Positions 14,512 through 29,178 of a stretch of DNA of 64,000 bases are shown in pieces. Location of the stretch: NCBI GenBank assembly GCA_964016885.1, contig OZ024740.1, forward strand, positions 274,660,001 to 274,724,000, given 5' to 3'. The DNA is from Eledone cirrhosa. Taxonomy: Eukaryota. The position numbers were made by a program, and so were the translations under genes. Every line of letters starts with the position of its first letter. Position 1 is the stretch's first letter. The notes beneath the pieces are model-generated. The model did no database searches. It saw only the letters and a program-made list of their open reading frames with translations, and was not told the DNA's origin.

Positions 14512-14533
14512 CCCAAAAGTTTGAGAACCTCTG
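14512..14533 (-). mobile_element. 3' TIR of the Charlie/Buster hAT element whose transposase relic is at 12340-12796
   Basis: aaaagtttgagaacctctg followed by ATATAGAG (Charlie-like target consensus). Confidence 0.6.
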
Positions 14534-14799
14534 ATATAGAGCTACACAAATTCTTACTATTAAAAAATGGTCACCAGTATCCCAGCATCACTACCATCGT
14601 CACCACTCAGCAACAAGCACCAGCACAAGAACACACAAGGACCATAACCATTAAATTCATCTGTATCTTCCTCCTGCTCTCTCCCCCTTCCCTTCCTCTT
14701 TCTTCTTTATTCCTTCCTTTTCATTTGCCTATCACTATCATCCTCAGCTTCATCCTATCCCCATCTTTATTGTTATTATCATCCTCACAGCACCAGTAT

Positions 14800-17150
14800 C
14801 ATTCCCACCAAGACAATCCCCACTACCAACATCCCAACACCACCACCACAGCATCTCCAACACTACCAGCACCCCAACACCACCACCACTACCAGCACCA
14901 CAGCATCTCCAACACTACTAGCACCCCAACACCACCACCACTACCAGCACCACAGCATCTCCAACACAACTAGCACCCCAACACCACCACCACTACCAGA
15001 ACCACAACACCACCACCACTACCAGAACCACACATCATCACCAGTACCAGCACCCCAACACCTCCACAGCTACCAACACCACCACCACTACCAGCACCCC
15101 AACACCACCACCACTACCAGCACCCCAACACCACCACAGCTACCAACACCACCACCACTACCAGCACCCCAACACCACCCCAACACCACCACCACTACCA
15201 GCACCCCAACACCACCACCACTACTACCAGAACCACAACATCATCACCAGTACCAGCACCCCAACACCTCCACAGCTACCAACACCACCACCACTACCAG
15301 CACCACAGCATCTCCAACAATACCATCATCACCACCTTCGCCATCACCAGCACCACTAACACCACCATCATCACCACCACCACCACAACTGCCAACACCT
15401 CTGCCAACAAACCATCACCACCAACACTACCACCACCATCATCATCACCACCCCACTGTCAAAATCACTGCCAATACACCACCACCACCACCACCACATC
15501 CACCACCACCACCACCAACAACAACAACACCACCAACACCAACACCACCACCACCAATACCACCACCACTACCACTACTACCACCACCACCACCACCTAC
15601 ACCACCCCAACACCACCACAGCCACCACCACCACCACTGCCAACAGACCACCACCAACACCAACACCAACATCAACACCACCACCAACACACCACCACCA
15701 CCACCACAACCAACATGCCTACTTGCCACTAATGACCCAGACAAATCAGAGACCTTTCATTAAATACATTTTCCAATTTCATTATAAACAATTGACAAAT
15801 TGAAAATATCCATCTATACCACTATCACAATTACTGGCGTTGCCACCACCACCACCACCACCACCATCAACATCAACACCATCACCACCACCCCCACCTC
15901 CACCACCACAAACATCAACAGCATCACCATCATCAACAACACCACCACCACCACCATCAACATCAACAACAACACCATCACCAACATCAACAACACCGTT
16001 ACCACTACCATCACCACCACCAACACCATCATCAACAACACCACCAACACCATCATCAACAACACCACCACCACCATCACCAACATAAACAACACTATCA
16101 CCACTACCATCACCACCACCAACACCATCATCAACAACACCACCAACACCATCATCAACAACACCACCACCACCATCACCAACATAAACAACACCATCAC
16201 CACTACCATCACCACCACCAACACCATCATCAACAACACCACCACCACCATCACCAACATAAACAACACCATCACCACTACCATCACCACCACCAACACC
16301 ATCATCAACAACACCACCACCACCATCACCAACATCAACAACACCATCACCACTACCATCACCACCACCATCACCACTAACATCACCACCAACAACACCA
16401 TCATCAACAATACCACCACCACCATCACCAACATCAACAACACCATCACCACTACCATCACCACCACCAACACCATCATCAACAACACCACCACCACCAT
16501 CAACATCAACAACACCATCACCAACATCAACAACACCATCACCAACATCAACAACACCATCACCACTACCATCACCACCACCAACACCATCATCAACAAC
16601 ACCACCACCACCACCACCATCAACATCAACAACACCATCACCACTACCATCACCACCACCATCACCACTACCATCACCACCACCAACACCCTCATCAACA
16701 ACACCACCACCATCAACATCAACAACACCATCACCACTACCATCACCACCACCATCACCATCATCAACAACACCACCACCACCACCATCAACATCAACAA
16801 CAACACCATCACCAACATCAACAACACCATCACCACTACCATCACCACCACCAACACCACCATCATCAACAACACCCCCACCCCCACCACCACCACCACC
16901 ACAAATATCAACAGCATCACCACCACCACCACCATCAATATCAACAACACCATCACCAACATCAACATCAACACCATCACGACCACCCACACCACCACCC
17001 CACCACCACAACCAGAAACATCAACAGCATCACCACCACCACCATCACCACCAACATCACCACCACCAACACCACCATCATCAACATCAACACCATCACC
17101 ACCAACACCACCAACATCAACAACAACACCATTACCACTACCAACAGCAA
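14800..17150. repeat. (CAC/CAA/CAT) trinucleotide-derived minisatellite blocks
   Basis: Direct inspection; short unique spacer at about 15720-15840. Confidence 0.92.
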
Positions 17151-17154
17151 CAGC

Positions 17155-17160
17155 AGCAGC

Positions 17161-17240
<80 letters not shown>

Positions 17241-17250
17241 TAGTAGTAGT

Positions 17251-17348
<98 letters not shown>

Positions 17349-17361
17349 CAGCGGCAGCATC

Positions 17362-17399
<38 letters not shown>

Positions 17400-17400
17400 C

Positions 17401-17453
<53 letters not shown>

Positions 17454-17496
17454 CAGCGGCAGCAGTAGTAGTAGTAGTAGCAGCAGTAGTAGTAGC

Positions 17497-17537
<41 letters not shown>

Positions 17538-17595
17538 CAGCAGTAGCAGTAGTAGTAGCAGCAGTAGTAGTAGTAGTAGCAGCAGTAGTAGTAGT
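17155..17595. repeat. (GTA)n/(GCA)n compound microsatellite
   Basis: Direct inspection. Confidence 0.95.
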
Positions 17596-17944
17596 ATGCC
17601 AGTGTGCAGCTCACTGGTCGAGGTGTTGGACATACAAGTGGATCTTGGGATCAATGTCCCCACTTGGTGGTCGTAGTAATATTATGGTAGTGGTTTGTCT
17701 GAATCCACAGCGTTTCTCACCGTTTGTACTCTTGTGGAACCTACGAAATAGTTTTCATGTCTTGGGGACACCCTCTGCATAAAAATGACTGTATCACATA
17801 TCTTTTATATTTATATCATCATGTTTAATATATCCTGGAAAGTACGACAGAAGAATGTCAGAAAGCTGACAAAACTCACAGCCAGTCCGATATCATCAGA
17901 GACTCATATCTCTTTTGTATTTTTATTGTAGTTTGAAGCCATTG

Positions 17945-19415
17945 AAGCATATAGTTACGGCCCTTTGCGTTCTGAGTTCAAATCCCGCCGAGGTTGACTT
18001 TGCCTTTCATCCTTACGGGGTCGATAAGATAAAGTACCAGTAATGAACTGGGGGCGATTTAATCGACTTTCCCCTCCTCCAAAATTGCTGGCCATGTGCC
18101 TAAATACAACGCCAGACACCGTTCTTTGCGGCATAGAGTTATGACCCTTTACGTTCTAAGTTTAAATCCCGTCGAAATGAACTTTGCCTTTCGTCCCCTG
18201 GAGTAATTGCTGGCCTTGTGCCAAAAGTAGAAACAATTATTATTGGCAGTATCAGTAGAGGGTCGGACGCCATGCTTTCCAGCATAGTTACGTCCCTTTA
18301 CGATCTGAGTTCAAATCCCGCGGAGGTTGACTTTGCCTTTCATCCTTACGGGGTCGATAAAATAAAGTACCAGTAATGCACTGGGGTAATGGCTGGCCTT
18401 GTGCCTAAAGTAGAAACAATTATTATTACAAAAAGAAAAAGCCCATACTTTACCGTCCTGTGGTGTCTTTAATGTTTTGTTAATGTGAGCCCAGTGTGGC
18501 TAATGAAGAAATAACCATTATAATTGTTTCTACTTTTGGCACAAGGCCAGCAATTACCAAGTGCATTACTGGTACTTTATTTTATCGACCCCGTAAGGAT
18601 GAAAGGCAAAGTTAACCTCGGCGAGATTTGAACTCAGAATGGCAAGGGGCGTAACTCTATGTGTCAAAGCATGGCGTCCGACCCTCTACCGATACTGCCA
18701 ATCCGCATAATCATGTTTAATATATCCTGGAAAGTACGACGGAAGAATGTCAGAAAGCTGACAAAACTCACAGCCAGCCCGATATCATTTGAGAATCATA
18801 TCTCTTTCATATATCTTTCTTATTTTTATTGTAATTTGAAGCCATTGGCAGTATCGGTAAACCATGCTTCGTAGCATAGAGTTGTGCCCCTTTACGTTCT
18901 GAGTGCAAATCCCGCTGAGGTTATCTTTGCCTTTCATCCTTACGGAGCCGATAAAATAAAATACCAGTAACGCACTGGGGTCGGTTTAATCTATTTTTCC
19001 CCCTCCCACAAAATTCCTGGCCTTGTGCATAAATTAGAAAGCAATATTTTGGCAGAATCGGTAGAGGGTCGGACGCCATGCTTTCCAGCATAGTTACGTC
19101 CCTTTACGATCTGAGTTCAAATCCCGCCGAGGTTGACTTTGCCTTTCATCCTTACGGGGTCGATAAAATAAAGTACCAGTAATGCACTGGGTAATTGCTG
19201 GCCTTGTGCCTAAATTAGAAAGCATTATTATTTGCAGTAAAGCGTCGAACACACTGCTTCGTGGTATAGAGTTACGACCCTTTACTTTCTGAGTTCAAAT
19301 CCTGCTGAGGTTATCTTTGCCTTTCATCCTTACAGGGTCGATAAAATAAAGTACCAGTAACGCACTGAGGTCGATGTAATCGACTTTACCCCCTCCCTTC
19401 ATATAGAAACAACTA
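17945..19415. mobile_element. Cluster of about 7 copies of tRNA-derived SINE family 1 (six plus, one minus at about 18520-18705)
   Basis: Repeated ctgagttcaaatcccgccgaggttgactttgcctttcatccttacggggtcgataaaataaagtaccagt. Confidence 0.9.
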
Positions 19416-19818
19416 TTATAATAACCAAATGTGTATAGTAAAATGCCCCGTATGTGTATTGTAAATTTACGAATATATAATTACCTCTTTAGCATTTAAA
19501 CCAGCCATATCCGGCCAGAGTTCTCTTACATCTTTCTGTTCAAACTGGCCATAACCAGCTGCTCGTACTGACGTTAAGGTATTGTTCTCAAAATAAATAT
19601 CAAAATTTCATAGATTCGATATTATGTGAAATAATTATGTGAGATAATGTGTTAACAGTGAAAATACAACAGTTAATATAGAGTAATGCTAAAGGGTTCA
19701 ACAAAAATTATTCAAATATACATATGCTTATTTATCACTGTTTCTCGCAGTACCCCTAGCGACCTCTTGTGGAACATTGTGTTCTGGGGAAAATTGGTTG
19801 AAAAACTTTGCATTAGAG

Positions 19819-20110
19819 CAGCATGGGCAACGGTTTTGAGAAGCGGGCCGTATGAGATATGACGAATCATCAGGCGGCCCGCAACCACTAATTTACATTC
19901 GTGCCCACATTTTAAAAAAAAGGGCGGTAACTCAGGTTATTTTGATTTGTTTCTTCAGCATTCGTACACGTTGTTTTCCTCGATCGTAAACAGGATAGAA
20001 AGATAAATTACGACTGAAAAGTTGCAGTAAAAAAAATCAGAAAGATTTCACTTAGGTGACTTAGGCGAACCATTCAGAAAGCTTCGTGGGCCGCAGGTTG
20101 CCTATGGCTG
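19819..20110. mobile_element. hAT MITE
   Basis: TIR cagcatgggcaac / gttgcctatggctg; 8-bp TSD CATTAGAG on both sides. Confidence 0.9.
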
Positions 20111-20575
20111 CATTAGAGTGTCAGACAAAAGACTTTATGGTATATTTTGTAGCTATTTATAATCTGAGTTCAAATCCAACCTACACCAATTTTCCCTTTT
20201 ATTTTTCTGAGATCGATAAAATCAAATAGCAGGCATGAATTGCAGTCAATACAATCAACCATTCCGTCTCTACAAACTTCTGTCCTTGTGATTTTGTTAG
20301 AAATTAATATTTTTTTTATTATCAATAACAAATCTATTGCTGCACACACACATAGATTCACAAACACGTATACACACACATATTCATACACACACATACA
20401 TATATGCAAATGCCCGTATACATACATATATAGATATATTACTATATACATATGCATACATACATAAAGACATATATACACATACATATATACATTCACG
20501 CATACATACATGCATGCGTAAATACATATATAGATACGTACATACATACATGCATATATACATACATACATACAG

Positions 20576-20608
<33 letters not shown>

Positions 20609-20945
20609 CATACATACATACATACATACATACATACATACATACATACATACAAACATAAATACATACATAAATACATACATACATACAGACAGACATA
20701 CAAGACCCATTAAAAATCTCTACTTCAGTTGGTGAATCGTCGAACCTATACATGAATATGTGTGAGTATAAGATATATACACACACATGTTCATACAAAA
20801 CGTCCTATACACATGCCCACCCATCCGTGACCTCATCTCTAGAAGTCAGATGCTCTCTAAAGCCGTCTAGACGGAGCAAACAAAGTCATTCTTCGAAAGG
20901 ACAAGAAAGTTCATTTCTTTTATCACCATACACGCATGCACATAC

Positions 20946-21041
<96 letters not shown>

Positions 21042-21076
21042 ATATATGTATTATTACCATACACGCATACACATAC

Positions 21077-21118
<42 letters not shown>

Positions 21119-21278
21119 ATATGTGTATATATGTATATGCATATATATAGATAGGTAGATATATTTCTTTATTTGCATGTGCGTATGTGTGTGTATGCCG
21201 TGCATACACACACATATATATATATATATGTATATATATACATATATATATGTATATATAATATATGTATATATATAT

Positions 21279-21349
<71 letters not shown>

Positions 21350-21395
21350 TGTATATATATATGCATATAAATATACATATAAATATATACATATA

Positions 21396-21454
<59 letters not shown>

Positions 21455-21594
21455 ATACAGGCATGCTTATGTATGTATATTTGTATACACGCACACATGT
21501 ATATAGTTATAGATACATACATAAATATGATACACACACCCCCGTACACACAAAAATATATGTATTTTCATGTATTTGTGTATGTATGTGTGTA

Positions 21595-21678
<84 letters not shown>

Positions 21679-22614
21679 TGTGTGTGATAGAGTATTATAA
21701 AACATTCATCAAATAATCAGACAGTTCTTGAATTGAGTTTTCCCCTCTTTTTTTCATTCTCCCTTCCTTTCCAGCAGCTGATGATGATGGTGGTGGTGGT
21801 GGTTGTGGTGGTGGTGGTGGTGGTGGTGGTGGTGGTGGTGGTGGTGGTGGTTGTTGTGGTGGTGGTGGTGGTGGTGGTGGTGGTGGTGGTGGTGGTGGTG
21901 GTGGTAGTGGTGGTGGTGGTGGTGGTTGTGGTTGTTGTGGTGGTGGTGGTGGTGGCGGTTGATGTGGTGGTGGTGGTGACGGTGCTGTTGGTGTTTAGTG
22001 TTGTTGTTCTTGTTGTTATTGTTGTTGAGGATGATGGTGGCGGTGCTGGTAGTGCTTGTGGTGGCGATTATGGTGGTGGTGGTGGTGACGGTGCTGTTGG
22101 TGTTTGGTGTTGTTGTTCTTGTTGTTGTTCTTGTTCTTGTTTTTGGGTGGATGGTAGTGCTGCTGTTGGTGTTTGGTGTTGTTGTTGTTGTTGTTGTTGT
22201 TGTTGAGGATGATGGTGGTGGTGGTGGTGGTGGGAGCATTCTTTTTTTCCAGCAATCTTCATGGTAAAGAAACCTGAAGAAAGAAAGATAGAAAGAAAGA
22301 CAGAAAGAAAGAAAGAAAGAAGGAAAGAAAGAAAGGAAGGAAGGAAGAAAGACAGAAAGAAATGAAAGAATGAATGCAAAAGAAAGGATAAAATTGAATG
22401 GGAAGTTAAGAAAATTACCGCCTCCCCTGAATTGTCCGAAGACAAGGAAATTCCAGTGGAGAATGATGAGGTGCATGAACTTAATATTACATTCCTTTAG
22501 ATTCTAGAACATGATAGAACTAGATGTAGAATTATTTCAGTTTTGTGATATGTTTATAAGGACAGATCTTTGTGTAATATATTACTTAATTAATTCATGA
22601 GTCAGTGATATAGA

Positions 22615-22812
22615 AATGTTGGCTGAAAAGTTCATAGACAGACTATGAAGGATTGATACTAGAGCTATAAAATCTTTGCATGCATTAATTTCAGTTCATT
22701 TTACTGATATCTGCATTGTTTCTTTCCATGGACTACTATGTTGGAAAATAAACCTCATTTGGTCATTTCATGAGAGTATCATGGACAACCTATGAACTTT
22801 TCAGCCAACCCT
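22615..22812. mobile_element. Tc1/mariner-like MITE
   Basis: gttggctgaaaagttcatag...ctatgaacttttcagccaac inverted termini; relatives at 24900, 26838, 57890, 60990, 63605. Confidence 0.7.
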
Positions 22813-23061
22813 TTTAGCTTCAGAAAGTGGTTACTTGGTGTGCCATAAATAGCAACCAAATATCGTTCATAACAAATCCCTCTAACCGTCTTAACCCTTT
22901 TGATGTTAAACCACCTGAAACTGCTCCTGCTTCTACGTTGCAAAACCGTTTGTTTTAAAGTGTCTCTGGTGTCTATGTTTATTTAAAAAAACCTAATTTT
23001 AAATAAGAAACTTTGTTGCGTTATGTTCCAGACACCAGCTTAATAATGATTTCTTGAAAAT

Positions 23062-23597
23062 AATTGTTTCTACTGTTGGCACAAGGCCAGCAATTATCCC
23101 AGTGCATTACTGGTACTTTATTTTATCGACCCCATACGGATGAAAGGCAAAGTTAACCTCGGCGGGATTTGAACTCAGACCGTAAAGGGACGTAACTCTA
23201 TGATGCAAACCACCATGGTTTCTGATTTAGGCCCAAGGCCAACAATTTGTGGGGAGGGGAATATCAGTTAAATCAAACCGAGTGTGTTATTGATACTTTA
23301 TTTTATCGACTCCATAAGGATGAAAGGCAAAGCTAACCTCGATGGAATTTAAACCCTGAACATAAAGTGCCGTAAATTCATTCTGTGAAGCATGTCGCCT
23401 AACACTCTATCGATACTGCCAATCCACTGCCTTAGAGGCCAGCAATCACCCAGTACATTACTGGTACTTTATTCTATCGAACCCTTAAGGATGAAAGCCA
23501 AAGTTAACCTTGGAGGAATTTTAACTCAGTCCGTAAAGGGACGTAACTCTGTTCTGGAAGCATGGCGTCCGACCCTATACCGATACTGCCAATCCAG
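23062..23597 (-). mobile_element. Three tandem SINE family 1 copies
   Basis: Three occurrences of tttatcgac...ggatgaaagg/ccaaag.taacct. Confidence 0.85.
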
Positions 23598-23924
23598 CTT
23601 AATAATATTGTAAATTCCTCTAAATTTTTGATTATTTTCAAAATGATTTCAAAATCATGGACAGTGCCTTTCATTAAAAATATGGTCGCAAAAGCGTTAA
23701 ACAAGAAGAGGCATATTAGATAATGTAGTGCGAAGAGGGTCACGGCTGGAAGGTTTCTCATCATGAAATTTTAATTGAGCTTCACAAAGATGGTGTCTGA
23801 TCAGGATTGACCTAGGTCTAAATAACTCCATTTATGACAGAGATAGTTGAGTTTGTATTAGATCTGACAGTAAAGAAACACGACTGACAGGAACTAAAGA
23901 AGTGAGGTTCAAGATAAAGGTACT

Positions 23925-24640
23925 GATAGTGGTGGTGGTGGTAGTGTTAGTGAGGGTGAGGTGATGATGGGGAGTCATACTGGTGGTGGTGGTGGTGGTG
24001 GTGGTGGTGGTGCTGTTGGTAGTATTAGTGGAGGTGATGATGGGGGAGTCATACTGGTGATGGTGGTGGTACTGTTGATAGTATTAGTGGGGGTGATGAT
24101 GGGGGAGTCATACTAGTGATGGTGGTGGTGGTGGTACTGTTGGTAGTATTAGTGGGGGTGATGATGGGGGAGTCATACTGGTGATGGTGGTGGTGGTGGT
24201 ACTGTTGGTAGTATTAGTGGGGGTGATGATGGGGGAGTCATACTGGTGATGGTGGTGGTGGTGGTACTGTTGGTAGTATTAGTGGGGGTGATGATGGGGG
24301 AGTCATACTGGTGATGGTGGTGGTGGTGGTACTGTTGGTAGTGTTAGTGAGGAGTGGAGGTGATGATGGAGGAGTCATACTGGTGGAGGTGGTGGTGGTG
24401 GTGCTGTTGGTAGTATTAGTGGAGGTGATGATGGGGGAGTCATACTGGTGATGGTGGTGGTGGTGGTGCTGTTGGTAGTATTAGTGGAGGTGATGATGGG
24501 GGAGTCATACTGGTGATGGTGGTGGTGGTGGTGCTGTTGGTAGTGTTAGTGAGGAGTGGAGGTGATGATGGAGGAGTCATACTGGTGGAGGTGGTGGTGG
24601 TGTTGGTAGTGTTAGTGAGGGTGAAGCTGATGATAGGGAG
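23925..24640. repeat. About 60-bp minisatellite (ggtactgttggtagtattagtgggggtgatgatgggggagtcatact + GGT run)
   Basis: About 11 units visible. Confidence 0.93.
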
Positions 24641-24899
24641 TTTACATTTATACATTTATACTTCAACAGGACTGACCCAGGAGTAACCAACAAGCTACAT
24701 ATATAGCATGGATCTGTTTGATCAGGAATGAACCAAAGTTAAACAATTCCAATATTTATCTGTCCTAAGCCTGGAAAGTCATCAGGCCTGTGGTTTTCCT
24801 GGTTTAACCAGCATTAAGCAACTAAGTGTAAAAGACTAATTTGTGATTAAACAACAACAATATAGTCAACATGATCTTATATTAGAAAATGAGATGATA

Positions 24900-25378
24900 T
24901 ACAAGGGTCTGCTGAAAAGTGCATAGGCTGATTATGAAGGATTAATGCTAGAGCTTGCATACATTAATTTCAACTCTTCTTATTAATAACTGCATTGTTT
25001 CGTTTCAGGGACTATGTAGAAAAATAAACCTCATTTGGTTATTCCACGAGAGTATCTTCGTCAGCCTATGGAGGAGTGATGCTAGAGCTGTGAAATCTTG
25101 CATACATTAATTTCAACTCTTCTTATTAATAACTGCATTGTTTCTTTTCAGGGACTATGTAGAAAAATAAACCTCATTTGGTTATTCCACGAGAGTATCT
25201 TCGTCAGCCTATGGAGGAGTGATGCTAGAGCTGTGAAATCTTGCATACATTAATTTCAACTCTTCTTATTAATAACTGCATTGTTTCGTTTCAGGGACTG
25301 TGTTGAAAAATAAACCTCATTTGGTTATTCCATGAGAGTATCTTGATCAGGCTATGTACTGTTCAGCTGACCCTCGTA
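24900..25378. mobile_element. Mariner-like MITE with internal triplication
   Basis: TA-caagggtctgctgaaaagt...gttcagctgaccctcg-TA; about 140-bp internal unit occurs three times. Confidence 0.8.
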
Positions 25379-25915
25379 TCTGGAAGACTGTCACGGTGGA
25401 ACTTTGTGTCATTTGGCCTACTATATCGGTGTCATTGTTTTGCCTGTTCTATTAAGATTGGCCTGAGGCTACACAACAGCAATGATAACTTAAACATATC
25501 AACATGATCATCATCAACAACAACAGAAACCAGTTTTCTGTTTCTCTGCTTAACAAACCGAGAACAGGAAAATAATATATTCTTTGTTTCAGAAATTCCC
25601 AATTTTTATTTACAAAATGAAATTTTGACATTCATTTGCCTTTATCCTACATTTATACATACACTCATATACATACAATCATATACATACACTCATGTAC
25701 ATACAATCATATACATACACTCATGTGCATACAGTCATATACATACAATCATGTACATACACACACATTCACAATTTCATATACACAGTCATATACATAT
25801 ATTAAGCCATACACGTATAAATATATAAACAATTTTACATTTATTCTCCAGCACACAAACACACATATGCACACACACACACACACACACACAGACTGAC
25901 ACACACATACAGACT

Positions 25916-26056
<141 letters not shown>

Positions 26057-26307
26057 ACACACACACACATACATGGATACATGCATGAAAATGTCTATAT
26101 ACATATAATCATTAATCTGATCATCTTCATAAATATATATAGATAGCTATGCATGTATGTATTGACAAAATATCATGAAACATACTCATAAGAGTACATG
26201 TACACACACACAAATAGCTTATATATATATGTAATGTATATATACATATATACATACATATATGGGTGTATATATGTATTTATAAACACATCCCCCCACC
26301 CCCACCC

Positions 26308-26373
<66 letters not shown>

Positions 26374-26837
26374 CATATATCCCTATCTGAAACAAAGAAT
26401 TAATACATTTCTCATTGATTTAGAGAGAACAGAAACACAGAGAACGAATTCTATTTCACTTGATAATTGTTTAAAAAACATCAATGATTCTGTGACAAAA
26501 AATAATTTGTCTTTGCTCATTGAACTGTCACTGAAGCATTCAGTTGGAAAAAGTTTATCCACAGTAAACAAATGAAATCCACGCTGTTACGAACACAATT
26601 GTAACAACACAAGTTTATTGGAAGTTTTCAGTAGGAAATCTTTCGTTTTTACAAAAGCTAGTGTTGTTGTTACTGATGATGTTGTATTTTTCTGTTTATT
26701 GTTTGTTACTCTGTTGCTTATTGCTGTTGTTATTGTTGTTGTTGTTATTTTGCTTTTGTTTTTTTTTTGTCATTCTCACCTCTTCCAAGATCACCCTCTG
26801 TTTTAACTCACTAAGTCTTGACCATGATAATTTTCGT

Positions 26838-27184
26838 ATAAGAGGGTTGGCTGAAAGGTTTATATGCTCACGAAAATACTCTCATCGAATGACCAAATGA
26901 GGTTTATTTTTTAGCATAGTCCCTGAAAAGAAACAATGCAACTATTAATAAGAAGGGTTGAAATTTATACATGCAATATTTCACAGCTCTAGCATCACCC
27001 CTTCATAGGCTGACGAAGATACTCTCGTGGAATGACCAAATGAGGTTTAATTTTCAACATAGTCCCTGAAAAGAAACAATGCAGTTACTAATAAGAAGAG
27101 TTGAAATTTATGCATGCAAGATTTCACAGCTCTAGCATGCTTCCTTTATAGCCAAGATATGAACTTTTCAGTCGATCCTCGTAT
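26838..27184. mobile_element. Mariner-like MITE with internal duplication
   Basis: taagagggttggctgaaagg...cttttcagtcgatcctcgta; same family, opposite orientation. Confidence 0.75.
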
Positions 27185-27960
27185 ACAGTCCAATGTGACA
27201 TTTTTTTTTTCATTGCTGTTGTTTTTAGACAGTAATTTGTTATTTAATTATCACCATCATCATAATCGCCAGGTCTGTTTTTCCATGCTGGCTAAGTTGG
27301 ACATATTGTTATAGACAAAGTTAGTACTTAACAGGTTCTATTGTCTTCATAGATGTGCCAAGGGTCATATCGCACACATGTTTTAATTTTGTCATGGCTT
27401 TTGTAACTAGATACTCTTCCTAGTGCCAACCACTTTACTGAGTGTACTGGCTATTTTTTTCTGGTGCCAACACTAGTCTGATGCGTCTGATGAGTCCTCT
27501 CCCCTTTTTTGGCATGGTCTCGATGGCCGGATACCCTTCCTAACACCAACCACTTTACAGGGTATACTGATTTAAGGTGACAATTTTTCAATCATTAGTA
27601 TACTTTGCTATATTCGTTCTACAGGGTAGCACATGAAAACGTAACCCGAGTTCCGTAGCAAAGTGTAATTACAGAAATAAATTTTAGTCATGCTGGAAAA
27701 ACACTCACCATCATAGAGGAATTTTGAAATACACAGTTGTGCACGTTGAACCATGTTTAGGGACACCCGACGTAAAATAGTGACATCGATGGTGGTGACC
27801 ACGTGTGTGATATTGTAGTTCACTTTCTCTACTTGAAATTAAACCCTGCCAAGGAAAACTCTGCTTTTCATACTTCGGAGATCAATAAATAAAATACCTG
27901 TTAAGCATTGGAGTCAAATCTTTTCTCCCTCACTATCCCTATATTTGTCCTCTCTCTCTC

Positions 27961-28264
27961 CATGGGTCGGGTTTAGACCTTGGGGCACCCGGGACACTTC
28001 AGGGGGTTTTTTTTTAGGCGGCGGCTGCATACACAACAAATTAGAATATACAGCAAACCCTCAATTTTACATATCAAAGTCAGTTAGGCACAAGTAATTG
28101 GAATTGAAAAGTTATACATTCAAGTATTAAATTAAAAAAATCTAACCATCCTAAAACTAAAAAGTGGGCTCAAATAAATTGCTACAGCCGTTGCTGGTGG
28201 GGCCCCCCACTGCAGCGGATCCCGGTGCAATGGCCCCACTTTACTCCCATTAAATCCGACCCTG
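27961..28264. mobile_element. hAT-like MITE
   Basis: catgggtcgggttta...taaatccgaccctg imperfect TIRs in CT-rich flanks. Confidence 0.65.
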
Positions 28265-29143
28265 CTCTCTCCTAGTCTTCTTTCACACCTTCTTCTTTAT
28301 CACACTCCCCTCTCTCTCACTATTCCTCTCTCTTCCCTTCTCTCCCTCACCCTCTCTCTCTTGGATTTAGTTTTGTTGAACCGTAAGAAATGTCATGGGC
28401 GAACCACACACTGTATCTAGTAAGGTCTAAGTCTGAAGTCATAACAAAGATGTTTTAGATGCTTGTCCAGTAGTTTCTTCGTATATTAATTGTTTACACT
28501 TTTATCCATCATATTTACATCCCTTGGCACTAGTCCCGTCTCTCTTACTGACCTTGGTCTTACTAGAAACGTTGGCCTTCTCTACAACCCCTCTCTCATT
28601 CTTTACTTCATCTTCTATTCCATTTACCTAGCAGACTACTCAAAGCACTTCTCACTTGCTTTTCTCTCCCCTCCCTCTCTCTCCGTATCACCCCACCTCT
28701 ATATCACTTCTTCAATTCATTGCATCCTTTGATTGTCATGACGAAGGTTATAACACTTTCTCTATCTTCACAGCTCTCTGATAAAATACAAATGTTGAAA
28801 CGTAAGATTCTTGACTTCTTACGACAAAACACTTACGAACTTTTCGATTGTATATTGATGAGAGTGAAAGTGCGTGGCTTAGTGGCTAAGTTGTTAGACT
28901 CTTGACAGGTGCAATGTGTCCGAACAACCACAGTCATCCCCCCAATCTCTCTCGCCCTCCACATATAGTGAGCAAATGGGGTCTCACTTGCTGGCCGCCC
29001 CACAGCCCCCGCGGACAGAATGGAGAAGGCGTTTCCCCGGAGGATGGTAAGGAAGATGTTTATTTATCTCTAGATGTAAACTTCTTTTGTATGAAATAAT
29101 CAACAATTTGTTGATCACGTATAAATGCGTGCGTGCGCTTACG

Positions 29144-29178
<35 letters not shown>

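Noticed and set aside
15782-17782. ORFs of 394-660 aa (T/N/I, G/D/V, poly-V)
   Set aside because: Stop-free by-product of trinucleotide repeats, open on both strands; no splice or domain evidence
23925-24640. CRISPR-like periodicity
   Set aside because: No unique spacers and no cas genes; eukaryotic minisatellite
27480-27500. CTGATGAGTCC hammerhead start
   Set aside because: No stem II closure or GAAA
28905-29050. GC-rich exon-like patch
   Set aside because: Short, no recognisable product, adjacent to a SINE head fragment
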